From Patescibacteria group bacterium (GTDB taxonomy: Bacteria; Patescibacteriota; Microgenomatia; Levybacterales; UBA12049), in contig JBBTVD010000011.1 in assembly GCA_038063415.1 (NCBI GenBank), forward strand, positions 779 to 64,778: a DNA stretch of 64,000 nucleotides, written 5' to 3'. A program made the translations under genes and the position numbers. Under the pieces are notes generated by a model. That model was not told where the DNA came from. It worked only from the letters and a program-made list of their open reading frames with translations, and did no database searches. Position 1 is the stretch's first letter. The number at the start of each line of letters is the position of its first letter. Below are positions 1 through 10,540 of the stretch, piece by piece.

Positions 1-1383
1 CCTATGCCCTGGTTGCGCTAAGTCCAAACTGAGCAGCGTAGTAAGACTTCTCGCATCGCCACCAAGCACACTGGAAGCGTCACGATTATCATCGTGTAAC
101 ATCTCGGTAAATTGTGCTGTTGCCAAGTCATATCGACCCAACTTTGCCTCAGTATCCATCATCTGAGCGAGTCGTCCACGTGGAGCCATGGTAGGTCGTG
201 CTTGATTATATTCAATGTCTCCCATATGCGAAGCACGATCCCGTTTCAAATTTTTATTTCGCTCAAGTGCCCCAAAGATAAATCCTGTACCAACACCACC
301 AAAAAGAGCACGTCGTCCCCCTTGACGAGCAGCCTGCATAGCAATAGAAACCGCTGCTCCAGCAGTTGCTTCATTCAAATACCCATGCGATTTCTCTTCT
401 GCCGTTACAATAAACCGATCAAGAAGACTCAGCTTTGGCGTGCTGGCAGCTGCCCAGTTGGCGTTGGCAAGGTCAATAGCTACATGATCAGCAATCTGAT
501 CGAGGCTATATTTATGTGCGTCATAATCTGCCTTCACTTTGTCAGCAATCGGGAGCATATCGGTCGCGAAGTGTTCGGCAATCCGTCCAAACTGTGTCGC
601 GTCTTTGCCAAAGAGTTCTCCTAATTGACGACGAACCGTAGGGTCAGAGTCATTTTGGTGATTTTCCATAAACGTACGTAAGGAAGCTTGCAGTGCTTCT
701 TCTCGTACTTTAGTTTCTGTCGAAGCAAAGTCGCCATGTCTCTCTACAATCGGACGCAGTACTTCAGTTACTAAGAGTTGTTGTACTGGCCCAGCAGCAG
801 CCTCTACGTGTTGGAACCTGGTATTGCCCAAGCCAGCTTCTGCTGACATCTTTACTTGCTCAACTTTTGCTTGCCCTGCTTCCCGTTCTTTGTCCTGCTG
901 ATCAGTAAAAGTGAAATTTTTCCCTGCCCGACCAATAACGTTCATCTCAAAGTAAGCGTTCTCATTGTCTTTGATTGCTTCACGTGCCCACTTTATACCC
1001 CGACCTCGATAGTATTCTTCAGCAAATTTAAGCCCTGCTTTCCTCCCCCATTCAGCAGGAGCTTTCCATCCACGCCAACGCTTCTCGCTCCAGGCTTGAC
1101 GCAACTGATTATCAACCATCTCTCGAGCTCTTTTCTCGACATCTTCCTGGCGGTTAACAAGTGTTATTTTGTGTTTTTCTGGAGCATCATCAGTATGTGT
1201 ATCAGTAGGCTCTCCAGTAACTGTTGTCGTTGGAGCTGGTTCAGGAGTTCGAGGCGCAGGAATGAGAGGAGCTATTTCCGTAGGAGGGGTGGATGGCGCA
1301 GGAGGAACGCTGCTCCTCCGTACGGGAGCAGGTGTGGGCCTATCGAGGAGAGCTAAACCTTCAGGTGTAAATGTTTCTGCCAT
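1..1383 (-). CDS. Hypothetical protein, partial: start codon at 1381-1383, runs off the window start. Pro/Thr/Ala-rich N-terminus followed by a globular region.
   Basis: I translated the reverse strand codon by codon: 461 uninterrupted sense codons from ATG (rc of 1381-1383) to position 1. The plus-strand ORFs 112..624 and 856..1356 are Cys-rich or low-complexity, typical of antisense artefacts. No recognisable motif. Confidence 0.55.
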   Translation of the reverse strand, partial: MAETFTPEGLALLDRPTPAPVRRSSVPPAPSTPPTEIAPLIPAPRTPEPAPTTTVTGEPTDTHTDDAPEKHKITLVNRQEDVEKRAREMVDNQLRQAWSEKRWRGWKAPAEWGRKAGLKFAEEYYRGRGIKWAREAIKDNENAYFEMNVIGRAGKNFTFTDQQDKEREAGQAKVEQVKMSAEAGLGNTRFQHVEAAAGPVQQLLVTEVLRPIVERHGDFASTETKVREEALQASLRTFMENHQNDSDPTVRRQLGELFGKDATQFGRIAEHFATDMLPIADKVKADYDAHKYSLDQIADHVAIDLANANWAAASTPKLSLLDRFIVTAEEKSHGYLNEATAGAAVSIAMQAARQGGRRALFGGVGTGFIFGALERNKNLKRDRASHMGDIEYNQARPTMAPRGRLAQMMDTEAKLGRYDLATAQFTEMLHDDNRDASSVLGGDARSLTTLLSLDLAQPGHR

Positions 1384-1424
1384 AGTTAGGATATGTCATC
1401 AGTAGATTGTTCGTGTGCTTCCGT

Positions 1425-1751
1425 TTACTTTCCTTTTTTGGATTGCACATTGCCTACATACATTTTTCGGAACTCTATAAAAGCGTTCGTGAAAATGTCT
1501 TGTGCATTAGGCAGCTTGGCTTGCACAAATTGCTCAATTTCCTCTTTAGACTTTTTCTCTTCATTCATTTTGATAAAAGCTTCAAGATCATCTGGCTCGA
1601 GATTATTAACAATGACACTCGTAAGGTAATTTTCAAGCTGCACAAAAAGCTCTTGCAACATGTCTTCGCGCATTGAGTCATCAAGCGTAAGCGTGTCGGA
1701 TTCAGCTAATAAACCCTCTAAATATGTTCGTATATCGTCTGGAATTGGCAT
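1425..1751 (-). CDS. Hypothetical acidic small protein (108 aa)
   Basis: Complete ORF with protein-like composition. No recognisable motif. Confidence 0.45.
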   Translation of the reverse strand: MPIPDDIRTYLEGLLAESDTLTLDDSMREDMLQELFVQLENYLTSVIVNNLEPDDLEAFIKMNEEKKSKEEIEQFVQAKLPNAQDIFTNAFIEFRKMYVGNVQSKKGK

Positions 1752-1942
1752 AAAATATAGTACCTGCTCACCTCCTCGCTTTTACTAAGTATGGAAAATA
1801 TGAAAAGAAAAGTCAACACAGAATATCACTTTCTGAAGCTTACTAGACGACAAAACGATAATCTTTACAAAAAAACAACATAAGGATTTTAGTAGGCTAA
1901 CGGATTGGAAGAAAAAAAGAAGAGAGCGCTATTTCGTAGAGG

Positions 1943-2854
1943 TCATGTCTGACTTTCAAGCCATCGCTCTGCCTCAAGAGCAGCCGCACAGCCAAACCCT
2001 GCTGCCGTTACTGCTTGCATATATTGATGGTCATAGACATCCCCCGCGACGAAGACCCCTTCAATATTGGTATGGAAATGCTCGCGTGCCTTAATAAAAC
2101 CTTTCTCATCTACTTCAATGCCCTTAAAGACAGTTGAATTCGGAATGTGTCCAATAGCGACGAAAACCCCATCCGTTACAAGCTCTTTTTCTTCACCATT
2201 TATAGTATCTTTTACTTTGACTCCGGAGACTTTCATCTCACCAAGTACTTGCGTAATCTGCGTATTCATCATAAAGGTGATCTTGGGATTCGCCTTTGCT
2301 TTGTCCTGCATGGCTTGGGAAGCCCGAAACTCACCCCGACGATGAATGATCGTTACCTGTTTGGCAAAACGAGTCAAGACACAGGCTTCTTCCATTGCAC
2401 TATCGCCTCCTCCGGCCACAATCACGTCTTTGTCACGGAAGAATGGCGCATCACAAGGCGCACAAGAGGAGATACCACGACCAATCTTTTCAGACTCTCC
2501 TGGGACACCAAGCCATTTGGTGTCAGCACCAGTCGCGATAATGACTGCTTTCCCTTCATACTGCTGTTCATCAGTCTTGACGACAAAAGGCTGCTTCCCA
2601 AAGTCTGTCGCGATAACATTGACATCAATGATCTCCGCACCATGATGCTCGGTTTGCTTACGCATATTGGCCATAAGGTCTGGCCCTTGAATACCTTCTG
2701 GAAAGCCTGGAAAATTTTCGACTTCTGTGGTGAGCATGAGTTGTCCTCCCCACTTTGCACCAGCAAGAAGAAGTGTTTTAAGACCAGCGCGGGTGTTATA
2801 AATTGCAGCGGTGAGACCTGCTGGGCCTGAACCAATAATGATTACATCGTACAT
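1943..2854 (-). CDS. trxB: Thioredoxin-disulfide reductase
   Basis: N-terminal FAD fold GSGPAG, redox-active Cys pair (CAPC) followed by DAPFF, NADPH-binding GGGDSA, about 300 aa. Canonical TrxR architecture. Confidence 0.9.
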   Translation of the reverse strand: MYDVIIIGSGPAGLTAAIYNTRAGLKTLLLAGAKWGGQLMLTTEVENFPGFPEGIQGPDLMANMRKQTEHHGAEIIDVNVIATDFGKQPFVVKTDEQQYEGKAVIIATGADTKWLGVPGESEKIGRGISSCAPCDAPFFRDKDVIVAGGGDSAMEEACVLTRFAKQVTIIHRRGEFRASQAMQDKAKANPKITFMMNTQITQVLGEMKVSGVKVKDTINGEEKELVTDGVFVAIGHIPNSTVFKGIEVDEKGFIKAREHFHTNIEGVFVAGDVYDHQYMQAVTAAGFGCAAALEAERWLESQT

Positions 2855-2863
2855 AGAAATAAG

Positions 2864-3187
2864 TTATCCGAGGATTTCATTAATCATTTTTTTGTAGCTT
2901 TCTTTTCCTTGAGCCCCGACAGTTGACTTCACTGGCTTGCCATCTTTAAAGGCCATAACCGTTGGGATACTCATAATGCCATATTGCCCTGCGGCCTGTG
3001 GGTTTTCATCAACATTAAGCTTGCCGACAACTAATTTCCCGGCGTATTCTTTGGCAAGTTCTTCAATAATTGGAGAAACCATGCGGCAAGGACCACACCA
3101 GACTGCCCAGAAATCGACGAGAACTGGGAGCTTACTTTCGAGAACTTGTTGTTTAAAAGTGGAATCGGTAAAAGTGACGTCTGCCAT
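2864..3187 (-). CDS. trxA: Thioredoxin
   Basis: 107 aa with a WCGPC active site, immediately upstream of trxB on the same strand. Confidence 0.9.
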   Translation of the reverse strand: MADVTFTDSTFKQQVLESKLPVLVDFWAVWCGPCRMVSPIIEELAKEYAGKLVVGKLNVDENPQAAGQYGIMSIPTVMAFKDGKPVKSTVGAQGKESYKKMINEILG

Positions 3188-3400
3188 AGATCTAGTAATT
3201 ATACTAGCACTGAAAGACAGATTCTGTCAATGGAGGGAATTACTGACATTACCCACTTTGTCATCCTGGCTCTCATTCGCTAAAGCTGTGGCAGAGGAGA
3301 ATATTGTCCAGGATCTGATTCTGGAAAAGTCGCCTGCATGTCGGCAGGAAGATTGCTTTCCAGCATGACGTTTTGAGACAAAAATTGGGATGTTTTTGGA

Positions 3401-4527
3401 TTATTTTTTTGCTACCGCCTCTGCTCGAGAAATAAAATGACTCTCAAGTAAGCCCCTTTTATTCATGTAAGCCAAAACCGGAACTTGAGCTGCTCCCATA
3501 GGTGGTTCTCTATCTGATCCAGGCAATCCCATGCTCATAGGCCAATTCTCTCTATCACCTGTAATATCAGGTGAAAAATAGGCAACAGAGAGAAGTCCCA
3601 CAAAGGTATCAGGATTAACATGACGAGGATCACCTAATTCAATTCCACTTGCTAATTCTCCTGTAGGTTGATCAAAAAGCCATGTTCTTTTGCCCGCTGT
3701 ACTTTTCCAATGAAGCATAGGACTAAGATTGCCTCCCTTATTCGTCAACGAGTCTCTATCTCTTTCAACCCTAAAATAAGCTTGAGAGGAAACTTCACTA
3801 TCATATACAGTGGGTCTACGGACATCAAAATATCCCTTGCCACTAAGCTCAGGTGTATCTATATGAAAATCGTTTCCTCCTTCAATTGGCGTGATAGTAA
3901 CACCTGGTGGATTTTTGACATATAATACTTTTGAGGTACTATCATAAGATCCATTTGAGGTACGATAAGAAGCTCCTGTGAACGTCGATGGTTCTCTCCT
4001 TATCATTCTAGAAAATCTACGTCTAAGAGTTACTTCCTCTTTACTAAATACACGTCCAAGAGAAATAGTAGTATCAGGGTAATCGATAGCCTCAATAAAC
4101 TGACTACTATGTCGCCCAAATTCACGCCAACCTGCTCCAAGAGCTCCATGCAGATTGCTCAACCGATCACGATCCTCACTAGGGATGGGGAACGCACGAT
4201 ACTCAGGATCATTTAAAATCTTACACCATCTATAGAATCATCGTCACCATTAGGGGCAATGTGGCGGAGAAATGAGAAGAGTGATAGACCATTAAGTGGA
4301 CTGTCTAAATATGCAGCATACTCAGTAGTATCAGGATCACCACCTACATAAGAGCGAATCAATAAAGGTGCAGTAGCTAACGATAACCCCTTAGGTTCAT
4401 CAATTTGATGCCCTGAAAGTAGCTCACCCACTGAAGTTCTATATGTGGTTACAATGTTTTCGATTGGATCACGGGAAAACTCTAAGCTCATAATATGATT
4501 ATTACACAAATTCTCGCTTACTCGCAA
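3401..4527 (-). pseudogene. Hypothetical gene split by an apparent frameshift (ORFs 4213..4527 and 3401..4162)
   Basis: The reading frame of 3401..4162 stays open upstream through 4163-4225 with no stop. The upstream ORF ends at 4213 in another frame. The called start at 4160-4162 is TTG. Together this suggests one ~375-aa gene with a frameshift, or a sequencing error. Confidence 0.4.
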
Positions 4528-4562
4528 GATCGACTCTCGTTTTTCTTATCTGACAAGTGTTT

Positions 4563-5467
4563 ATCTCTTGCAAACAAGGCTTGTCTTCCTGGAGGGAGAG
4601 AAGGCAACAGATTGCCAATAGCCAAATGAAGATAAAATCAATCCCATGGCATGCCCTTCCCAACCCTTTAGATCCACAAACTGTACATTACCAGCTCCTG
4701 TATTGTTGATAATCTCTCGTACCCGTTTTTTGGGGAAATTACGATCGCCTTCCGTCTGCCCGACAATTACTTGTGCGCGAGTCGCTGGAATTAATCCAGT
4801 GTCCGAGAACGACCAACAGATGTTTGTTCACTTCTTGAGGTTCAAAACGAAACTTACGATTCTCTGTTCGTTCCTCTAGCTTGAGTACCCCTTTAAATCT
4901 ATTCAATAGTTTGGTAATAAGTGACGATACACCTAGTAATGTACGGCCTGTTGTCCGCAAATGCCCCTTATTATCGAGACTTGTAGCATTAAACAATCCA
5001 ATCGTATCTACTGATAATCCAAGCTCTGCTGCAATTTGAGCGACAGGTCCGCCAGCAGAAAAGCCTATAATCTCTGCATTCGTATCAGTAATCATATCTT
5101 GCATTGCAGCAAGAATATCTCGTGCTTTATCAAGTTGCATTTGGGTTACTTTCACTCCTTCGGGAAGTCCTTCCGCAGCAGGATCTACTAGCTTACTATT
5201 AGAATTTCGTTCTCCTGTATAGGCAAGTCCCACAACTCTTACTGGATCTTCTCCCTGACTTTCGGCAAGAGCTTCTAAATCTACTCGTAATCTTGGTAAC
5301 ACACCTTTCCCCGAAGCGTTATATGGAGATTCATAAACAAGAAGGCGAGTTCTTCTCTGCTGATCAGCAGGAAGGGCAGCGATATCTTTTGGCAAGACTT
5401 GCATTAGTTGCACATCTCCATGGCCATAATTCTCTTTATTACCTACGATGACACTTCTTTCTGTCAC
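4563..5467 (-). pseudogene. Alpha/beta-hydrolase-like protein (GFSAG nucleophile-elbow motif), frameshifted near 4745-4765
   Basis: ORF 4739..5467 carries GFSAGGPVA (GxSxG). After a frame change, the downstream sequence 4563-4745 encodes ...VDLKGWEGHAMGL..., which matches VRSDWEGHGIGL in the paralogous N-terminal domain of ORF 27640..29559. Other segments also align between the two (KARDILAAMQDM versus KAEDMIAAMDTA). Confidence 0.5.
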
Positions 5468-5727
5468 AGTAGCCTCAGTCCTTGGCTCTCTTGAGCTGAG
5501 ATTAGCGGCTCTTACAGATAAGAGTTCAGGAGATGGTGCTTGCTCTGCGGATATATTCTCTTAAAGTATACATAATTAAGACTAATATTGCTTTTTTATA
5601 TAATGCTTAAATAATGTTGGCATTCTTTCACTTATGTATTACTCCAGCTCTTCTGACTTGCTCTATAAATAATAAAACCATTGATCAAAGAAGTCAACGA
5701 GCGATTTAAAAGGCGAAAAATGGCACC

Positions 5728-6630
5728 TTATGCAGCCATACTAGCTATTCTTTTTGGAGAAGAAAGTCGCCTTCTTGTTGCCTGGAGTGGTCTTCTTGCC
5801 CTTCGTACCAAAACACTTGGTTCAGAATCTTCCTCTTCATCCGGCTGAACAACAACATCTTTTGTTACTGGAGATTTTATCCCCTCATGTTCTGCAAGCA
5901 AAGCATCTTGAATATGCTTGGGCAGCAAGCTTAAGATAAGATACAGAAGTATACGAGAAAACTTTAGCTTTTGCTCTTCCTCTTCGGTAAGCCCAGCACG
6001 CAAGAGAGCTGTTTGCTCCTTTGCCAAGAGTGATGCAACCCGACGAAGTGTCGGTGCATCCAAACTCTCAAGTACTGGCATGGCATGTTCACTTCGCAAA
6101 ATATCCCCCAAGGCCGCAGGCGCACTCTCTGGGGCAGTATCTCCAAGAATATCTTTAACCACATTTTTATATAACTCATTTTTAAGAAGGCTTACTTCCG
6201 GCCTTTCTGGTATAGCGACACCCTGTTTTTTTTCTCCAGATCCTCCTTGCATGTCATGCGTCACTTGCCTATGAATCCCCTCGTAGGCTTGCGCCATAGC
6301 CTCAAGTTGTTGCTGTGGATCGGTGTATTGTTCTTTTACGGCAAGTAGTGCTGCCTTTTCTTGAGCTTGTGCTTCACGAGACAACACATCATTTTGTCGC
6401 ACTAACTCTTGGGGATTTTCTCTTCTATAATCCGATCGAGATGTCGTCGTCTCTGCTCCGTTCACTCCTATTCTTGTAGGCCACCGCCATGCTCTCTCAG
6501 GAGCTTGAGTGATCGTAGGACGACGAGGTTCGTCACCAGCAAAAGTTCGTACTCCTAATGGAGCACCTCTTTCGCTTGTACGCGCTACAAAAGATCTCGC
6601 CTGTGGTTGTACGCTTAGTACTTCTGTCAT
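5728..6630 (-). CDS. Hypothetical protein (300 aa), charged, with an Ala/Glu/Gln-rich central region
   Basis: Long complete ORF. No recognisable motif. Confidence 0.45.
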   Translation of the reverse strand: MTEVLSVQPQARSFVARTSERGAPLGVRTFAGDEPRRPTITQAPERAWRWPTRIGVNGAETTTSRSDYRRENPQELVRQNDVLSREAQAQEKAALLAVKEQYTDPQQQLEAMAQAYEGIHRQVTHDMQGGSGEKKQGVAIPERPEVSLLKNELYKNVVKDILGDTAPESAPAALGDILRSEHAMPVLESLDAPTLRRVASLLAKEQTALLRAGLTEEEEQKLKFSRILLYLILSLLPKHIQDALLAEHEGIKSPVTKDVVVQPDEEEDSEPSVLVRRARRPLQATRRRLSSPKRIASMAA

Positions 6631-6700
6631 AGTAGCGATATACTACTACGCAATAAGAAAACGTGCATGATATTTGCCTTATACAAACATCACAATGCGG

Positions 6701-8275
6701 TTACCCCAAATCTTCACTCTTAGCATGCAGATAATAAAACCACTGATCAAAAAAGGCAAAAAGGAGCTTAAAAGGAGCTTCAATAAGGAAATCAAAGAGA
6801 AAAAGAAAAATATTCACTTGAGAGATACTCTGGGTAAGTTTACGCCCCGTACGAATAACCGGCATAAAAAGGAAATCGACCAACAATGTTCCTAGCCCTT
6901 GCGTATCCCCCACACGGTAGACATTGGCAAGCAGTGCAATACGATAAGCCAGGAATGAAACAATCGCAAGGAAGAAGGTAAAGATCCCCATACTAATAAT
7001 AGTAAATTCTAGACTGGAAAGAATCAAAATGATACTTCCGAAAGAAATGATAAAGGCACCTAGCCACAAAATGTCAAAAGCAATGACCAACGCACCACTT
7101 CGTTTCTGATTTTTGGCAGTCACCAAACGTTTACCCAACTGGGGATTCTCCTCAAAGAGAAGTTGTGTAATAAAGGTATGGATTCGCTCAGAATTACTCT
7201 TGCCTGGTGTCCGAATAAAGAAACTCACAACTACCATAAGTAACGGTGGGATAACAATATTAATAATCATCGATCCCCACAGAATGTGTCCATAAAAAAT
7301 TCGCTCGTATGTCCCCTCGATAGCAAAAGCAAAGGCAACTTTGGTCATCAAAATAAAGATAACCGATCGAATAACGGCTCGTTTTACTTTGGAATCAATG
7401 CCGTGATACCGTGTCTCACAAGCGGCAAAAACAGCCTCCTGTAGTGCTTCTTTATTTTCAAGGAATGATTTAAGATTGTCCTTACCCAAATCCAAGATAT
7501 CCTCCAAGATAAACCAGACAGCCGTTCGCCGTTTAACATAAGCATAAATTTTATCTTTTAAAGGATAGTTGAGTTGCTTAAGGATTTCTTTGTATCCTTT
7601 AAGAAAATGCTCAACCGTGAAATCAAAGGTTTCAGGAGTAAGCTTGCCGAAATACTGAACAAACATATGGTAACGCAGAAAAGCCAGATCATCACGTGCA
7701 AAAGCCTTACGAACCGCCATAAAAACCTGCGCGTCTTTGGTCTCTTTGGTGTCATCAAGGATCTCAACATCGTCACGAAGTACGTGAAACATAAAATTGG
7801 TCATGACTTCTTTTTTGTGCTTAGGGTTCAGGATATATTGAATTTCTGCCGACATCAAATCATAAATCCAGTCATTAATAATGGCATCTGGCACTCGATG
7901 CTTTTCCATAACAAGCAAACGTAGCTTCAAGTAGCGATCAATCGTATCTTCGACTTTGGTAACAATAGATCTGGGAAGCTCATTCTCTGGCAAGTACCGT
8001 GCCCAAAGCAATTCTTTAATTAAGGGAAGGCCAGTGGTTTCGCCTGTGCCTCCCAAAAGTAAACGACGCTTAAGGATGCGCTCAATAGTTGCACGAAGGA
8101 CAACTTCATCTTCGCGAAATTCCATAGCATTGCGCAATCGTTCATACCAGGTAGCGAATTTAGAAACGATAGGATTAACTGTTATTTTTTCTTCCTCGGT
8201 TGTGGGACTGTCTTTTTTCTCAAATACTTCCAACAGATAGTTAGCCATCTGTGAAAGTGGACGATACGTATCCAT
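6701..8275 (-). CDS. Hypothetical membrane protein: ~300-aa soluble N-terminal domain plus a C-terminal multi-helix hydrophobic domain
   Basis: 524-aa ORF. The C-terminal half has several long hydrophobic stretches (IVIPPLLMVVVSFF, LGAFIISFGSIILIL, IFTFFLAIVSFLAY). Confidence 0.55.
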   Translation of the reverse strand: MDTYRPLSQMANYLLEVFEKKDSPTTEEEKITVNPIVSKFATWYERLRNAMEFREDEVVLRATIERILKRRLLLGGTGETTGLPLIKELLWARYLPENELPRSIVTKVEDTIDRYLKLRLLVMEKHRVPDAIINDWIYDLMSAEIQYILNPKHKKEVMTNFMFHVLRDDVEILDDTKETKDAQVFMAVRKAFARDDLAFLRYHMFVQYFGKLTPETFDFTVEHFLKGYKEILKQLNYPLKDKIYAYVKRRTAVWFILEDILDLGKDNLKSFLENKEALQEAVFAACETRYHGIDSKVKRAVIRSVIFILMTKVAFAFAIEGTYERIFYGHILWGSMIINIVIPPLLMVVVSFFIRTPGKSNSERIHTFITQLLFEENPQLGKRLVTAKNQKRSGALVIAFDILWLGAFIISFGSIILILSSLEFTIISMGIFTFFLAIVSFLAYRIALLANVYRVGDTQGLGTLLVDFLFMPVIRTGRKLTQSISQVNIFLFLFDFLIEAPFKLLFAFFDQWFYYLHAKSEDLG

Positions 8276-8354
8276 AATAGTTGTAATTATATATCAAATC
8301 ACTATGTGAGTACAGAAAAACATTGTATTGCTTACTTTATTCTTGGTAACTTTA

Positions 8355-8383
8355 TTGACAAACCACAGAAGAATCAATAGAAT
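8355..8383 (+). promoter_or_regulatory. Sigma70-like promoter TTGACA-N17-TAGAAT upstream of the DsbA-like gene
   Basis: ttgaca at 8355-8360, a 17-bp spacer, tagaat at 8378-8383, and the ATG at 8393. Confidence 0.4.
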
Positions 8384-8392
8384 GAGACCTAG

Positions 8393-9202
8393 ATGAAAAA
8401 AGAAACTCCTGTAGAACCAGTCCTAGAATCAGAACCTAAAAAGAAAAAAGATTACTTCACGCTTCGCATTCCTCGATTTAGCTTTGAAAATACAAGAATC
8501 AATGGTTTTCTTGTGGTATGTCTTGTCATTTTTGCCTTCCTGCTTGGTATGCTTGTGAGTAAAGTAACGTACCTTGAAAAGATGGCTACGCAGTCAGCTC
8601 CGACACCAGCAGCACCAGGGGCCGCAGAGCCAACGATTGCTCCCCCTCCACAAATTGTGGATGTAGCATCTGGTAAGCTACCTATTCTTGGTGACCCAAA
8701 TGCAAAAGTAACCGTGGTTGAGTTTAGCGACTTTCAATGTCCGTTCTGTAAGAGAGCATTTGATGATGCTATTGCACAAATAAAGAAAGAATACGTTGAC
8801 ACCAATAAAATCGCTTTTGCTTTCCGTCACTCTCCTCTCACCAGTATCCACCCCAACGCAAGGGAAGCCTCCCTTGCTTCTGAATGCGCAAATGAGCAGG
8901 GTGATTTTTGGACATACCATGACCAACTCTTTAATACACAAGATGACTGGTCTCCAAAGGCAGGCAACGCAGCAACTGACGCGTTCATAGAGATTGCTGG
9001 AGGATTGGGAATGGACGCTGATCAATTTAGATCATGCCTTGAGTCTGAGAAGCATGCACCAAGAGTTGATGCAGACATGCAAGATGCTTCAACAGTTCAA
9101 GTAGATGGGACACCAACCTTCTTTATTAATGGCTATCGAGTAGTCGGAGCCGTACCTTTTGCTGATATCAAGAAAGTAATTGAAGCCGAATTAAAGAAAT
9201 AA
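8393..9202 (+). CDS. DsbA/BdbD-family thiol:disulfide oxidoreductase, membrane-anchored
   Basis: N-terminal transmembrane helix, then a thioredoxin-fold active site FSDFQCPFCKRAF (CPxC) and the FINGY motif typical of the DsbA family. Confidence 0.8.
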   Translation: MKKETPVEPVLESEPKKKKDYFTLRIPRFSFENTRINGFLVVCLVIFAFLLGMLVSKVTYLEKMATQSAPTPAAPGAAEPTIAPPPQIVDVASGKLPILGDPNAKVTVVEFSDFQCPFCKRAFDDAIAQIKKEYVDTNKIAFAFRHSPLTSIHPNAREASLASECANEQGDFWTYHDQLFNTQDDWSPKAGNAATDAFIEIAGGLGMDADQFRSCLESEKHAPRVDADMQDASTVQVDGTPTFFINGYRVVGAVPFADIKKVIEAELKK

Positions 9203-9206
9203 AAGT

Positions 9207-9476
9207 CTATTTAAAATAAAACTCTTTCAATGGCTCTGTCATTTCTTCCCAGTCAACCTTTACCGCTTTTATTTCTGCCAGAAATGGACCTTTTTCACAT
9301 TTGGCAACAAGCTTTGCGATAGTCTTTTTGTCCCCTTGCACAACAGCCTCTACCCTTCCATCAGGGATATTACGAACCCATCCTGTCAGTTGCAATTTAC
9401 GTGCATTGCTACGAATGAAGTAACGAAACCCTACTCCTTGGACAATCCCTGAAATAAAAATGTGTGCTTGTAGCAT
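9207..9476 (-). CDS. acyP: Acylphosphatase
   Basis: 89 aa with VQGVGFRY and GWVRN signature motifs. Confidence 0.85.
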   Translation of the reverse strand: MLQAHIFISGIVQGVGFRYFIRSNARKLQLTGWVRNIPDGRVEAVVQGDKKTIAKLVAKCEKGPFLAEIKAVKVDWEEMTEPLKEFYFK

Positions 9477-9742
9477 TATTTTTTCTTTCCCCCTTTCCGT
9501 ATTTCCTTAAGCTTCCACATAAAAAGCGCACCTTTGTTGTCTGCTTTGCTATCAACGGCAAATGATAATGCCTGCTCAAGAATCGACCGATGTACAGTCT
9601 TGGCAAGCTTCATATAGAGACTTTTATGTTTATAATCATCAAGTTTGTCCGCCAAATGCAACGCAAACGTCTGAAACTCTCGGGAGACATATTTATCTGT
9701 TGTAGGATTAAAATTGATGAGGACGTTTTTAATAGACTGCAT
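9476..9742 (-). CDS. Hypothetical small basic protein (88 aa)
   Basis: ORF only. It overlaps the acyP start by one nucleotide, which suggests translational coupling. Confidence 0.4.
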   Translation of the reverse strand: MQSIKNVLINFNPTTDKYVSREFQTFALHLADKLDDYKHKSLYMKLAKTVHRSILEQALSFAVDSKADNKGALFMWKLKEIRKGGKKK

Positions 9743-9844
9743 AATGTTAATTTTCTATCTGTCATTTTACCATTTTCCATTGATTGTCATTTGTAAATCG
9801 GACTTATTAAATAAAATGGAAAATGGAAGCTGGGAAATGGACAA

Positions 9845-10489
9845 TCATTTCGTGTTGTATCTGTTCATTGCCGTTTCCAGTCCTTTTTCGAGTGCAAGAC
9901 TCAGAGCATCAGCACCATGGTTAATCATCTCCCGTACCTTCCCTTGTTCATTTTGGGTAAAAGGGGCAAGCACTAAGTCTTCTGCATCTCGGATATGCTC
10001 ACGCCCCAAGGAATGACTCTTCCCATCTTCAAGAGCGCTTCTCCCACGACGGGCTACCCCAATACCCATGCGAAATCGCCAGAACTGGTCGGTTGCCAGC
10101 TGCGCCATAATTGATTCAACCCCATGATGTCCGGCTGCCGCCCCACCAAACCTAATCTTCATAAAGCCAACCGGTAAATCAAGCTCATCATACACAACCC
10201 AGACATCTTCCGTAGCAATTTTATAGTAGGAAGTAAGAAGTTGCACCGCCATACCAGAGTTATTCATGTAGGTTTGTGGTTTTGCGAGGATGAGTTTTTC
10301 TTCATTACCGTCTTTCCCCTTCCAATCAATCGTAACAACATCACTTTTGAGTTTACTATTGGCAGACCACGTAGCTTTTTCGACAGATGAAATCTCTTTG
10401 AGGAAATGATCAACGACCGCAAAACCCAGATTGTGTCGGGTAGAGGCATACTTTTCTCCTGGATTTCCGAGACCGACAATAAGCTTCAT
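9845..10489 (-). CDS. pth: Peptidyl-tRNA hydrolase
   Basis: MKLIVGLGNPG...HNLGF N-terminus and overall Pth length and architecture. Confidence 0.9.
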   Translation of the reverse strand: MKLIVGLGNPGEKYASTRHNLGFAVVDHFLKEISSVEKATWSANSKLKSDVVTIDWKGKDGNEEKLILAKPQTYMNNSGMAVQLLTSYYKIATEDVWVVYDELDLPVGFMKIRFGGAAAGHHGVESIMAQLATDQFWRFRMGIGVARRGRSALEDGKSHSLGREHIRDAEDLVLAPFTQNEQGKVREMINHGADALSLALEKGLETAMNRYNTK

Positions 10490-10540
10490 AAAGACATTCC
10501 TATACTACACCATATACAACTTCTTGTGAAGAGCTACATT

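Noticed and set aside
112-1405. Plus-strand ORFs 112..624, 856..1356 and 1169..1405
   Set aside because: Cys-rich or low-complexity translations lying antisense to a clean 461-codon minus-strand ORF. Treated as artefacts.
3258-3330. catcctgg ... ccaggatc inverted repeat with a 40-bp spacer upstream of trxA
   Set aside because: It may be a highly degenerate family A relic, but its similarity to the family consensus is too weak to call.
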